From Myxococcota bacterium (GTDB lineage: Bacteria > Myxococcota_A > UBA9042 > DTJE01): a DNA stretch of 47,360 bases. The position numbers and the translations under genes are program-made. Location of the stretch: NCBI GenBank assembly GCA_029975745.1, contig JARKOL010000044.1, positions 1 through 47,360 of the forward strand, given 5' to 3'. How positions within the stretch are numbered: position 1 is the stretch's first letter; every line of letters starts with the position of its first letter. This document shows positions 36,884-46,084 of this stretch, piece after piece. A model generated the notes under the pieces. That model was not told the DNA's origin. It worked only from the letters and a program-made list of their open reading frames with translations, and ran no database searches.

Positions 36884-38310
36884 GACGGCTCTGCCAGCCG
36901 GCGCACCGCCGCGATCTCGGCCTCGTACTCCGGCCAGTCGTCTACCGGCGTCTCGAGGCACAGCGGCAGCGTCGCAAAGAACGGATGGGTGACCACCTGC
37001 CGGATGCCCTCCTCGCCCAGTTCACCCTGGCCGATCTTCGCGTGGCGGTCCTTGTGGCTGCCCAGCGCCGACTTGCAGTCGTTCAGGTGCAGGCAGCGGA
37101 TCCGGTCCAGACCCACCGCCTGGTCGAACGCGCGCAGGCATCGGTCGATGCCGTCGCGGGTGCGCAGGTCCCATCCCGCCGCGAACAGGTGACACGAATC
37201 CAGGCACACGCCCACGCGAGGGTCGCCGTCCAGGCCATCCAGGATGGCGCGCAGTTCCTGGGGCGAGCCCCCGATCTCCGAGCCGCCGCCCGACATGCCC
37301 TCGAGCAACAGCATCGCCTGTCCGTCGTAGTCGTCCAGCGCGTGGCGAATCGTTTCCACGATGCGGCGCGTGCCCGCCTGGACCCCCGAGTCGACATGCG
37401 AACCGGGGTGGAACACCACGAACTGCGCGTCCAGGCGATCGGCGTGGCGCAGGTCTTCGCGCAGCACCATCCGGGCGAAGTCCAGCGCGTTCTGGCGCGG
37501 GGAGGCCGGGTTGACGGTGTAGGGGATATGGGCAATGACCGTCTTCACGCCGGCCGCGGCGCGACGTGTGGCAGCCTGTGCCAGTTCCGCGTCATCGATC
37601 GAGCGCCGGGCGCCGCCTCGTGGGTTGCGCGTGAAGATCTGGGCGCAGGTGGCGCCGACCTGCAGCGCCTGGTCGTACATCGCCGGCAATCCCTTCGCGA
37701 TCGACAGGTGGCAGCCCAGATTCAAGGGGCTCGCGGGGCCCGCGGCGGCATTCGACGTACGTTGCGCCAGCCAGTCGCGCACGGCCTCGCCCGTGGCGGA
37801 CGGCCAGGGCTGGAGTCGCTCCGGCGGGATTCGTCGATAGTCGGCCAGCTCATCGCCCAGGGCAACCGTACCGCGTCCGATCACGTGGAACGCGATGACG
37901 ATCTGGTTCTTCAGGTGGAACGGGTAGGTGCCGATCAGGGCAACCACCTCACCCTGCAGCCCCGTTTCTTCCCGAACCTCGCGCACGATGCCTTCCTGGG
38001 GCGACTCGCCGCGTTCCAGAAAACCCGTGATCAGTCCGAACCTTCCTTCGGGCCACAGGACGTTGCGTGCCAGGATGACGGCGCCTTCGTGCTCCAGAAC
38101 CGCCGCCACGACCGGCACCGGGTTGTCCCAGAATACCCACTCGCAGGTCGGGTCCGGGCAGGCCAGGCGCGGGCGTCCCTCGATCGAACGGGTCGCCAGG
38201 GCCGTCGCGCACTGCGGGCAGAATCGCGGCGGTGGTGGCGGCGGGATCACGGGCCAGGGGCTTTTCGCAGGTTCCGGCGTGCTTGCGGTCGTGGACTCGG
38301 TGTCGGACAT
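36880..38310 (-). CDS. nfo: NUDIX hydrolase (Zn ribbon) fused to endonuclease IV
   Basis: FCPQC...C; Nudix box GFLERGESPQEGIVREVREETGL; Nfo motifs HIPY.VN, HPGSH, LLE, CLDSCH, HLND, DRH, LETP. Confidence 0.88.
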   Translation of the reverse strand: MSDTESTTASTPEPAKSPWPVIPPPPPPRFCPQCATALATRSIEGRPRLACPDPTCEWVFWDNPVPVVAAVLEHEGAVILARNVLWPEGRFGLITGFLERGESPQEGIVREVREETGLQGEVVALIGTYPFHLKNQIVIAFHVIGRGTVALGDELADYRRIPPERLQPWPSATGEAVRDWLAQRTSNAAAGPASPLNLGCHLSIAKGLPAMYDQALQVGATCAQIFTRNPRGGARRSIDDAELAQAATRRAAAGVKTVIAHIPYTVNPASPRQNALDFARMVLREDLRHADRLDAQFVVFHPGSHVDSGVQAGTRRIVETIRHALDDYDGQAMLLLEGMSGGGSEIGGSPQELRAILDGLDGDPRVGVCLDSCHLFAAGWDLRTRDGIDRCLRAFDQAVGLDRIRCLHLNDCKSALGSHKDRHAKIGQGELGEEGIRQVVTHPFFATLPLCLETPVDDWPEYEAEIAAVRRLAEPS

Positions 38311-38511
38311 GGCAGCCTCCGCGGCGAAGGTAGCATGGGGGGCTTGCGGCGGGGTAGGGGGCGCACGACAACCCGAAGGAACCTCGGCAATGCCCGGGAA
38401 CGCGTGCGTTCCGATCCGGTGGCGCCGTCCCTATCCAGACGGTTGCGGCCACGCGCCTTCGTCGGGATACTTGGTCGTTCCGCTCCTGCACGGGGGCATT
38501 CGGAGGTGGTG

Positions 38512-38898
38512 ATGTCGGGGAATCGGACGGGGCCGGGCTCGGATGGCGCGGCGTTCCTGGAGCAGGCGCGTCGGGAGCGTCGCGAGCGCGAGGCCGGTTA
38601 CCGGGCGCAGGCGCTGAAGTTGTTCCCGCCGATCTGCGGGCGGTGCGGCCGCGAGTTTTCGGGCAAGCGGCTGCGCGAGTTGACGGTTCACCACAGGGAC
38701 CACGACCACGACAACAACCCGCCGGACGGCAGGAACTGGGAACTGCTGTGCGTGTACTGCCACGACAACGAGCACCAGCGCTCGGTGGAGTTCGGCATTC
38801 GTGGCGGAGAGGATGGCGCGATCGACACCACGCCGCCCTTGACCCACCGCCCGTTCGCGAATCTGGCGGAACTGCTGAAGGACAAGGCTCGGCGGTAG
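38512..38898 (+). CDS. yajD: YajD family HNH nuclease
   Basis: GYRAQALKLFP.ICGRCGREF, LTVHHRDHDHDNNPPDG.NWELLC.YCHDNEH. Confidence 0.9.
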   Translation: MSGNRTGPGSDGAAFLEQARRERREREAGYRAQALKLFPPICGRCGREFSGKRLRELTVHHRDHDHDNNPPDGRNWELLCVYCHDNEHQRSVEFGIRGGEDGAIDTTPPLTHRPFANLAELLKDKARR

Positions 38899-38939
38899 CC
38901 CTTGGGCAGTTCCTGGCTGCCGAGCGGTGGGCGCCGGTT

Positions 38940-39617
38940 CTACGGACTTCCGGAAGGCTGCTCGATCAGGTGCTTCAGCACCCGCAGCATCTTGCGCGTC
39001 ATGACGTACGAGATCGGCTCCAGCAGCGTCGGACCGCCGGCCAGCCGCTCGATCCAGGTCCGACCATGGCGGTACCGGGTTCGGGAGACCAGGCGCGTGG
39101 TGCCGTCCGTGCCCGGTTCCAGCAGCAGTGCCCAGGTGGACTCGACATCGGTCGCATTCGCCGTGCCGGTCGTGGCCAGGCCATCGGCGGGGCCGCCATG
39201 CATCACCAGGGCGCGATGAGTCTCCAGGACCGCCACGGTCAGAGGAGGCCCCTGGCGGTGAAGCCGGATCAGGTCGCCGACGGCCAGCGACTGGTGCTCG
39301 GGGAGCACGCGCTCGGCGTTCACGACGCCGCATCCGATCAGGTTCTCAAGCCGTTCGTACGAGTAGAAGCCGCCGCGTCCCTGGCCCACCTGCACGAGGA
39401 AGGGCCAGATCCGTTCGGGCGGCGCATTCACGGTGATGGCCATCGTGGACTGCCAGTCGGGCCCAGGCACCAACAGGTCGCCTGCCCAATTGCGGGTGAC
39501 TTCCTCGGAGGTGGCGCCCCACCGGGTTCGCCACGGTCGCAGGAATGGGGTTGCCAGCGCGAAGGCAATCCGGAATGCACCCCCAATCGCCTCCAGACGT
39601 CCGCGCCCGTTCGCCAT
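38940..39617 (-). CDS. SRPBCC-family protein
   Basis: WGAT..E, AITVNAPPERIWPFLVQVG..RGGFYSY..LEN, TRLVSR, MTRKML. Confidence 0.8.
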   Translation of the reverse strand: MANGRGRLEAIGGAFRIAFALATPFLRPWRTRWGATSEEVTRNWAGDLLVPGPDWQSTMAITVNAPPERIWPFLVQVGQGRGGFYSYERLENLIGCGVVNAERVLPEHQSLAVGDLIRLHRQGPPLTVAVLETHRALVMHGGPADGLATTGTANATDVESTWALLLEPGTDGTTRLVSRTRYRHGRTWIERLAGGPTLLEPISYVMTRKMLRVLKHLIEQPSGSP

Positions 39618-39692
39618 CCCAGCCTCCTCGCCGCTGTGGCATCCGCCGCGCTCTTATCGCATGAAACGGGAATCCGGTGAGAGCCGGCGATT

Positions 39693-40484
39693 TCAGGCCG
39701 TCCGCGGCGGGGGCTGGCGGAAGCGTGCCCGCCAACTCGCGGGGTCGCGAGAGGCGGCCTGAAGCGCCCTGGCGGCCTGGGGCGCCACCGGCGTCAACGC
39801 CGCCAACAGGCGGGACACGGCCGTTGGATAGAAGTTCAACGGATCGACCTCGACGGTCTGGGCGCCGCAGCGCCGGGCCTCGTCTGCGATCGTCGCCAGG
39901 GCATCCGGCCCGTCCGACAGGCCCGGCAATGCGGGGGCGACGAACACCCACGTCGCGATCCCTGCGCCTGCCAGCGTTCGCAGCGCCTCCAGACGCCGCG
40001 ACGGCGGGGGCGCGCCCGGCTCGAGGACTCGAGCCAGTTCGTCGGACAGCGTCGTGATCGAGAAGCCGACGCGGATCCGGGTGTCGCCCAGCAACCCTCC
40101 GAACGACGCCAGCAGATCCAGGTCGCGGACGACCAGATCCGACTTGGTCAGGATGGACACCGACAGGCCCGACCCGGCCAGCGCCGCCAGGCAGGCCCGG
40201 GTCAGTCGCGCCTGGGCCTCGGCCGGCTGGTAGGGGTCGGTCACGCTGGACAGCACGACCTCGCCCGTGCGGGGGCGCCGCAACTCGCGCGCCAGGACGT
40301 CGGCGACGTTGACCTTGGGTTCGACCCAGGTGCCCCAGGGCGCCTCGTGACCGCCGAACCGCCCCATGAACGATGCGTAGCAGTAGACGCAGGCGTGGGT
40401 GCATCCGACGAACGGGTTGACGCACCAGTCCACGCCGGGGATGCCCGATCGGTTCAGGGCGGTGCTGCATCTGCGTTCGCTCAC
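39693..40484 (-). CDS. Radical SAM protein, spore photoproduct lyase-like family; start may extend to 40520
   Basis: NPFVGCTHACVYCYA, SSVTDPYQPAE, ILTKS..V.RD.DLL, LEP.AP..S.RL. Confidence 0.88.
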   Translation of the reverse strand: MSERRCSTALNRSGIPGVDWCVNPFVGCTHACVYCYASFMGRFGGHEAPWGTWVEPKVNVADVLARELRRPRTGEVVLSSVTDPYQPAEAQARLTRACLAALAGSGLSVSILTKSDLVVRDLDLLASFGGLLGDTRIRVGFSITTLSDELARVLEPGAPPPSRRLEALRTLAGAGIATWVFVAPALPGLSDGPDALATIADEARRCGAQTVEVDPLNFYPTAVSRLLAALTPVAPQAARALQAASRDPASWRARFRQPPPRTA

Positions 40485-40494
40485 GGGTCGATGA

Positions 40495-41235
40495 TTACCG
40501 CCTTCCCGCGACGGCGTCACGTGCCGGGTTCGGCGGGACCTCGTCCGCCAGCGTCCGGCGCCAGCGGAGTACCGGCCACCCCAGGCGGCGGGCGGCGCGC
40601 AGGAGCCGAGGGTCCGGGTTGACCGCGAACGGCCGCCCGACCGCGGACAGCAACGGCTGGTCCGAAGTGCTGTCGCTGTAGAACGCGCACGCGGACAGCG
40701 GCACTCCGTGGCGGTCGGCCCACTGGCGCGCCAGCGTCAGCTTGTTGGCTCCGTAGGGAATCGGCCGGTCCCAGTCCTCGACGAATCGTCCGTGGTGCAT
40801 GTGCTGACGGAACGCCAGGATGCCGTCCAGCGGCACCAGTTCGGCAAAGCGCTCCAGCAGGTACACCGACGACGCGGACAGCAGCACCACGGCCTCACCG
40901 GCCGCCCGGTGCGCCCGCATGGCCTCCAGGCCATCCACGTGGACGTTCGGGCGCACGTGGTCGCGAAACGCCTCGTCCAGCAGCGCGCGCCCGTCCTCGA
41001 AGGACGTGCCGACGAAGGGCTGCACGCCCATCGCATAGACGCGCTCGAAGTCCAGGATGCCCAAGTGGTGGCGCAGGTGGGACCAGGCGATCCGGATCAT
41101 GTCGCCGCCCGTCAACACGCCTTCGCGCCGCAGAATCGAGGCGCACAGGAACGCCGTCGAGCCGCGGACCAACGTGTGATCCACATCGAAGAACGCGATG
41201 CCGGGGAATGCCGACGTGCCGTCCAGGGATTCCAT
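40495..41235 (-). CDS. HAD-IB family hydrolase
   Basis: AFFDVDHTL, LSAS, K, YSDS.SD.PLL..VG.P..VNPD. Confidence 0.9.
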   Translation of the reverse strand: MESLDGTSAFPGIAFFDVDHTLVRGSTAFLCASILRREGVLTGGDMIRIAWSHLRHHLGILDFERVYAMGVQPFVGTSFEDGRALLDEAFRDHVRPNVHVDGLEAMRAHRAAGEAVVLLSASSVYLLERFAELVPLDGILAFRQHMHHGRFVEDWDRPIPYGANKLTLARQWADRHGVPLSACAFYSDSTSDQPLLSAVGRPFAVNPDPRLLRAARRLGWPVLRWRRTLADEVPPNPARDAVAGRR

Positions 41236-41241
41236 GCGGCA

Positions 41242-41270
41242 AGTCTGGGGGGACCCGAACGCGTTGTCAA
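41242..41270 (-). promoter_or_regulatory. Sigma70-type promoter, likely giving a leaderless HAD mRNA
   Basis: TTGACA, 17 nt, CAGACT, 6 nt, then ATG; no SD. Confidence 0.55.
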
Positions 41271-41305
41271 TTCAGGCGATCCCTTCCGGTCCGGCGCGTT
41301 CACCA

Positions 41306-43138
41306 TCAACCCCGGCGGATCGCCTCGGACACCGCGTGCGCCAATTCTGCCATCCCGTAGGGCTTCTGGAGGAACCCGTCGATCCGTTCCTCGCGCAGGC
41401 CCTCGCGCAGGATCTCGGTTTCGTAGCCGGACATGAACACGACAGGGATGTCTGGCCGGATCTTGCGCATCTCGCGCAGCGCGTCCAGGCCGTTCATTTC
41501 CGGCATCACCATGTCCATCAACACCAGGTCGATGCGGCCCTCGTGACCGCGCAATGCCTGGACCGCCTTCAATCCGTCCTCGGCGACGAGGGGTTCGTAG
41601 CCCATCTCGGCCAGCAGCTCCGCTCCCAGGCGGCGCAGGATCTTGTCGTCGTCGGCGATCAATATCGTTCCCAGGCCCCGGAGCCGCTCGGCGGTCGGCA
41701 CCGCGACTGCGGCGACCTCGCCTTCGGACAGCGGCAGGTACACCCGGAACACCGACCCCTCCCCGAGCCGGCTCTCGACCCGGATGACGCCGTTGTGGTC
41801 GCGGACGACGCCGTACACCGCCGACAGCCCCAGTCCCGTTCCCTGGCCACTGGGCTTCGTGGTGAAGAACGGCTCGAACAGGTGCGCCATGACCTCGGGT
41901 CCCATGCCGACGCCCGTGTCCTCGATCGCGACCTCGACGTAGCGTCCCGGCGGAATCGGCGGCATCGCATCGGCGCTGGGCTCGTCGAACGATACGTTGC
42001 GCGTCGCGAACGTCACCCGGCCGCCGGACGGCGTCGCGTCGCGTGCGTTGACCGCCAGATTCAGCAGCGCGTTGTGGATCTGGGACGCGTCGCCCTGCAG
42101 CGTCGTGTCCCGCGCATCCAGGTGCAGGTCCACCTTGAGGTCCTTGTCGATGGTTCGCAGCAGCAGGTCGGCGACCAACCGCACCGAGTCGTGGATGTCC
42201 ATCGGTCGCGTCATCACGCGGCCTTTGCGCGAGAACGTCAGCAGGCGCGACGTCAGTTCCCGCGAGTGATGCGCGGTCTCGACGATGCTGGCCGCGTAGC
42301 CGCGCAGCGGCGAGTCCTCGGGCGTCTTCATCGTCAGCAGTTCGCCGTAGCCCAGGATACCGCACAGCGCGTTGTTGAAGTCGTGCGCTATGCCGCCCGC
42401 CAGGCGGCCCACGGTTTCCAGTTTCTGGGCGTGCCGCAGGGTCTCTTCGATCTGCTGCTGGCGGGTCACGTCCTGCAGCGCGATCACCGCTCCCCGGACA
42501 CCGCCGCGCGCGTCGCGGATCGGGGCGCCCGATCCCTGGACCAGCACGTGCCCGCCGTCCTTGCGCCGCAACTGGAGCGGGCGTTCGAGTCGGACCGTCG
42601 TGCCGTCGCGCAGCACGGGGTCGAAGGGATCCTGGAGCCGGTCCGGATCGTCGGGTTGCGCCAGCGGCAGGACATCGGCCACCAGCCGTCCCGTGGCATC
42701 GTCCGCGCTCCACCCCGTCACCTGCTCGGCGGCAGGGTTCATGCCGGCCACGCGCAGGTCGGTCCCGCAGGTCACGACGCCCTCGGCGATCGACCCCAGC
42801 GTGACCCGCAGATCCTCCTCGCGTCGGCGGATCTCCTCGCGGCTGCGCTGGATGGACTGGAAGAGCGGGGCGATCAGCGCGACACCGCACACCATCGCCA
42901 GCGAGATGCCCACGGACACCAGCGCTTCGGACAACAGGGTCCCGTGGAACATGGCCTCGTCGCCCCACCCGGCCAGCACGCCGTACAGCGTGATGCAGCG
43001 ACGGGCGGACATCAGCAGCAGGGCACAGCAGATCAGGATCCACGCCAGGCTTCGGCGGGTGACCCAGATCAGGCGCAGCGCCAGAACCGCCGCCGCCACC
43101 TGGATCACGATCGAAAGGCCCAGCAGATACGCCACCAT
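41306..43138 (-). CDS. Hybrid sensor histidine kinase/receiver with membrane sensor and PAS domain
   Basis: Three N-terminal TMs; PAS (NPAAEQVTGW); H-box AGGIAHDFNN; NLAVNARDA; FEPFFTTK; GTGLGL; receiver (ADDD, DMVMP, KP). Confidence 0.93.
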   Translation of the reverse strand: MVAYLLGLSIVIQVAAAVLALRLIWVTRRSLAWILICCALLLMSARRCITLYGVLAGWGDEAMFHGTLLSEALVSVGISLAMVCGVALIAPLFQSIQRSREEIRRREEDLRVTLGSIAEGVVTCGTDLRVAGMNPAAEQVTGWSADDATGRLVADVLPLAQPDDPDRLQDPFDPVLRDGTTVRLERPLQLRRKDGGHVLVQGSGAPIRDARGGVRGAVIALQDVTRQQQIEETLRHAQKLETVGRLAGGIAHDFNNALCGILGYGELLTMKTPEDSPLRGYAASIVETAHHSRELTSRLLTFSRKGRVMTRPMDIHDSVRLVADLLLRTIDKDLKVDLHLDARDTTLQGDASQIHNALLNLAVNARDATPSGGRVTFATRNVSFDEPSADAMPPIPPGRYVEVAIEDTGVGMGPEVMAHLFEPFFTTKPSGQGTGLGLSAVYGVVRDHNGVIRVESRLGEGSVFRVYLPLSEGEVAAVAVPTAERLRGLGTILIADDDKILRRLGAELLAEMGYEPLVAEDGLKAVQALRGHEGRIDLVLMDMVMPEMNGLDALREMRKIRPDIPVVFMSGYETEILREGLREERIDGFLQKPYGMAELAHAVSEAIRRG

Positions 43139-43326
43139 ACGCAAGCCTCCCCGCAAAGCGGAAACGACCGGTTCGACACGACGCCTGGGATGGGACTCAT
43201 CTTCGACCCGATCCGGACGCAAGTCAACGCGGGTCCGTCGGCGCCGATTCAGGGGGTCCCGGCGGCAACGGTCTGGGAGGATCTTCGTGTACCGACTGGG
43301 AGGGGATGGATCGGGCGATTCACCTC

Positions 43327-43356
43327 TTGACCGCACGCGTGGGCCAGGGTCACAAT
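43327..43356 (+). promoter_or_regulatory. Putative promoter of the transketolase operon with a TGACC...GGTCA inverted repeat
   Basis: TTGACC-18-CACAAT. Confidence 0.45.
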
Positions 43357-43402
43357 CCCGGGAACGGTTCGTTTTCCACACCCCATCGCGGGAGAAGTGC
43401 CC

Positions 43403-44233
43403 ATGCTCCAGGACGCGGAACGCAAGACCCTTCAGGACACGGCGCGGCGGCTGCGGGAACGCATCATCGAGGTGACGTACTCGTGCGGCGGTGCGCACGT
43501 CGGCGGCGCGATGAGCCAGCACGACCTGCTGATCGCGCTCTACTACAAGTATCTGCGAATCGACCCGCGGAACCCCCGCTGGGAGGACCGGGACCGCTTC
43601 GTGCTGTCCAAGGGCCACGGCGGCGTCGGTCACGCGGTGATCCTGGCCGACAAGGGCTTCTATGACACCAAGCTGCTGGACGACTTCAACAAGACCGGCT
43701 CGCCGTTCGGCATGCACCTGGATTGGCTGAAGGTCCCCGGGGTCGATGTGTCCACCGGGTCGCTGGGCCACGGTCTGCCCCTGGCGCTGGGCATGGCGCT
43801 GGGCGGGCGGCAGCAGGGGCGCGACTACCGCGTGTACTGCGTGATGTCCGACGGTGAACTGCAGGAAGGTTCGGTCTGGGAGGCCGCGATGGCGGCGGCC
43901 CAGTTCAAGGCCACAAACCTGACTGCGTTCGTGGACCGGAACAAGTTGTCGCTGGACGGGCCCACCGAATCGATCATGGCGCTCGAGCCCCTGGACAAGA
44001 AGTTCGAGGCGTTCGGCTGGCGCGTGCTGTCGATCGACGGCCACGACTATGACGCGATCTGCGAGGCGATCGAAACGGCCCACGCCGAGACCGGGCGCCC
44101 GGTCATGATCATCGCCGACACGATCAAGGGCAAGGGCGTGGACTACATGGAAAACCAGACGGCGTGGCACTACGGCGGCCTGGACAACGACATGCGGGAC
44201 CGCGCGCTGGCTTCGGTCCGGCGGATGAAGTAG
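43403..44233 (+). CDS. Transketolase N-terminal (ThDP-binding) subunit
   Basis: DRDRFVLSKGH, STGSLGHG, SDGELQEG...DRN, IIADTIKGKG. Confidence 0.93.
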   Translation: MLQDAERKTLQDTARRLRERIIEVTYSCGGAHVGGAMSQHDLLIALYYKYLRIDPRNPRWEDRDRFVLSKGHGGVGHAVILADKGFYDTKLLDDFNKTGSPFGMHLDWLKVPGVDVSTGSLGHGLPLALGMALGGRQQGRDYRVYCVMSDGELQEGSVWEAAMAAAQFKATNLTAFVDRNKLSLDGPTESIMALEPLDKKFEAFGWRVLSIDGHDYDAICEAIETAHAETGRPVMIIADTIKGKGVDYMENQTAWHYGGLDNDMRDRALASVRRMK

Positions 44234-44243
44234 CACGGCAAGC

Positions 44244-44266
44244 GCCCGGGGTGCGTCCCCGGGTTT
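44244..44266 (+). other. Intercistronic hairpin
   Basis: CCCGGGG-TGCGT-CCCCGGG followed by TTT. Confidence 0.5.
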
Positions 44267-44282
44267 CGCGGAGGAACGACCC

Positions 44283-45296
44283 ATGGCGAAGGCGCAAGGG
44301 CTGACCTGGACGGTCGAGGATGCCGACAGCATGACCCAGGCCGAGGTGTACGGCGAGGTGCTGACGCAGATCGGCCAGCAGAACCCGAAGGTGGTGGCGT
44401 TGACGGCCGACCTGGCGAAATCGACCAAGATCGGTCGATTCGGCGAGGTGATCCCCGAGCGGTTCTACAACTTCGGGATCGCGGAAGCGAACATGATCGC
44501 GGTCGCTTCGGGGATGGCGGAAACGGGCCTGATTCCGGTCGTGTCCACGTTCGCGACGTTCGCGTCGATGCGCGCGGCGGAATTCGTGCGCACCGACCTG
44601 TGCTACCAGAAGCGCAACGTCAAGATCATCGCCACGCACTCGGGCACGTCGTTCGGCACCGCGGGAACGACGCACCACTGCACCGAGGACCTGTCGATCA
44701 TGCGGACGTTCGCGGGGATGACCGTGATCGCGCCGGCCGACGCCTACGAGACGGCGCGCGCGGTGGCGGCGGCGATCGAGATCGAGGGCCCGGTCTACAT
44801 CCGCATCGGGCGCGGGTTCGAGCCGCCGCTGCACAAGTCGATGGACTTCGACTTCGAGGTCGGCAAGGCGATCGAACTGCGCGAGGGCACCGACGTGACG
44901 GTGATCGCGACGGGGGTCACCGTGGTCCACGCGGTCGAGGCCGCGGACCGGGCGCGCGAACAGGGCGTGTCGGTGCGCGTGCTGGACATGCACACGATCA
45001 AGCCCCTGGATGTGGATGCGGTGGTGCGGGCGGTCAAGGACACGCGGCGCATCATCACCGTCGAGGACCATTCCACGATCGGCGGGCTGGGGACGGCGGT
45101 GGCCGATGCCATCGCGGCGTCCGGCAAGGGGTGCGCCTTCAAGAAGCTGGGGTACCAGGACCAGTTCTCGATCGTGGGGTACCCCGAGGATCTGCTGCAC
45201 CTGTACAAGCTGGACGGCGACGGGATCCTGGAGGCCATCGGCCTGATCCTGAAGCAGGACTTCGAGCAGGACGAGGACTGGGAGGACGAAATCTGA
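44283..45296 (+). CDS. Transketolase C-terminal subunit
   Basis: TADL, GIAEANM, GTTHH, PAD, GPVYIR, TIKPLD, TVEDH..IGGLG. Confidence 0.93.
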   Translation: MAKAQGLTWTVEDADSMTQAEVYGEVLTQIGQQNPKVVALTADLAKSTKIGRFGEVIPERFYNFGIAEANMIAVASGMAETGLIPVVSTFATFASMRAAEFVRTDLCYQKRNVKIIATHSGTSFGTAGTTHHCTEDLSIMRTFAGMTVIAPADAYETARAVAAAIEIEGPVYIRIGRGFEPPLHKSMDFDFEVGKAIELREGTDVTVIATGVTVVHAVEAADRAREQGVSVRVLDMHTIKPLDVDAVVRAVKDTRRIITVEDHSTIGGLGTAVADAIAASGKGCAFKKLGYQDQFSIVGYPEDLLHLYKLDGDGILEAIGLILKQDFEQDEDWEDEI

Positions 45297-45297
45297 C

Positions 45298-46071
45298 ATG
45301 GCAGCGCCGTTGGAGGAACTCAGGGCGCGGGTGTTCCTGCGGTCCGCCCTGCCGCTGGTCAAGGTGGTGCTCGCGCAGCGTCCGGGCTATCGACGGTTCC
45401 TGATTCGCGCGGGGGGCGTGATCCAGTTCGCGGCGCGCGACAGCGAGCAGGCGGCCTGGGTCGGCATGTCGCCCGACGGCATCGAGGTCAAGCCGGGTCG
45501 GCATCCCGAGCCGTCCATCACGCTGACGTTCAAGACGTTGAAGGAGCTGAACACCTTCTTTGCCGGCGGGACCGCGTTGCCCGGGGTCGCGGGGCTGCGG
45601 GGCGTGCCGACGCTGATGCGGTTCCTGCCCTTCATGCTGAAACTGAAGATCCTGATGCCGACCGCGATGCCGACGGACCCGGCCGAGAAGGCGCTGAAGG
45701 TCCGGATGCTGATGCAGATGATCGCCAGCGGACTGTCGCAACTGAACAAGGGGGGCGACGAGGTGCTGGCACCCTATGCCAAGAAAAGTCCGGACCGCGT
45801 GTTCCAGTTCACGGTGGAGGGCGGCGGGCCGGCGAACTACCTGCGCGTCAAGGCGGGCAATTCCAAGGCCGGCGCCGGGACGTACACGCGGCGGCGGCCT
45901 TACGTCCACATGATCTTCCGGGACATCGACGCGGCATTCGAGGTGCTGACGCAGCGAGTGGGCACGGTGGAAGCGGTGCGCGAGGGGTTCCTGCGGGTCG
46001 AGGGGGCGATGGAGGGCAGCAAGGACATCGGCGCCTTCATGCAGCACCTGGACGCGCTGACGATGGGATGA
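45298..46071 (+). CDS. Hypothetical protein with two SCP2-like (sterol carrier) domains
   Basis: Repeated beta-rich pattern (QF.V/A..G...; PSITLTF / PYVHMIF); ends with AVREGFLRVEG, typical of an SCP2 C-terminus. Confidence 0.65.
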   Translation: MAAPLEELRARVFLRSALPLVKVVLAQRPGYRRFLIRAGGVIQFAARDSEQAAWVGMSPDGIEVKPGRHPEPSITLTFKTLKELNTFFAGGTALPGVAGLRGVPTLMRFLPFMLKLKILMPTAMPTDPAEKALKVRMLMQMIASGLSQLNKGGDEVLAPYAKKSPDRVFQFTVEGGGPANYLRVKAGNSKAGAGTYTRRRPYVHMIFRDIDAAFEVLTQRVGTVEAVREGFLRVEGAMEGSKDIGAFMQHLDALTMG

Positions 46072-46084
46072 CGGGAGGGCGGTC

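Noticed and set aside
41306-44428. 1040 aa kinase ORF as a giant fusion
   Set aside because: The N-terminal ~430 codons are antisense to transketolase and the intergenic region; the real start is probably ATG 43138
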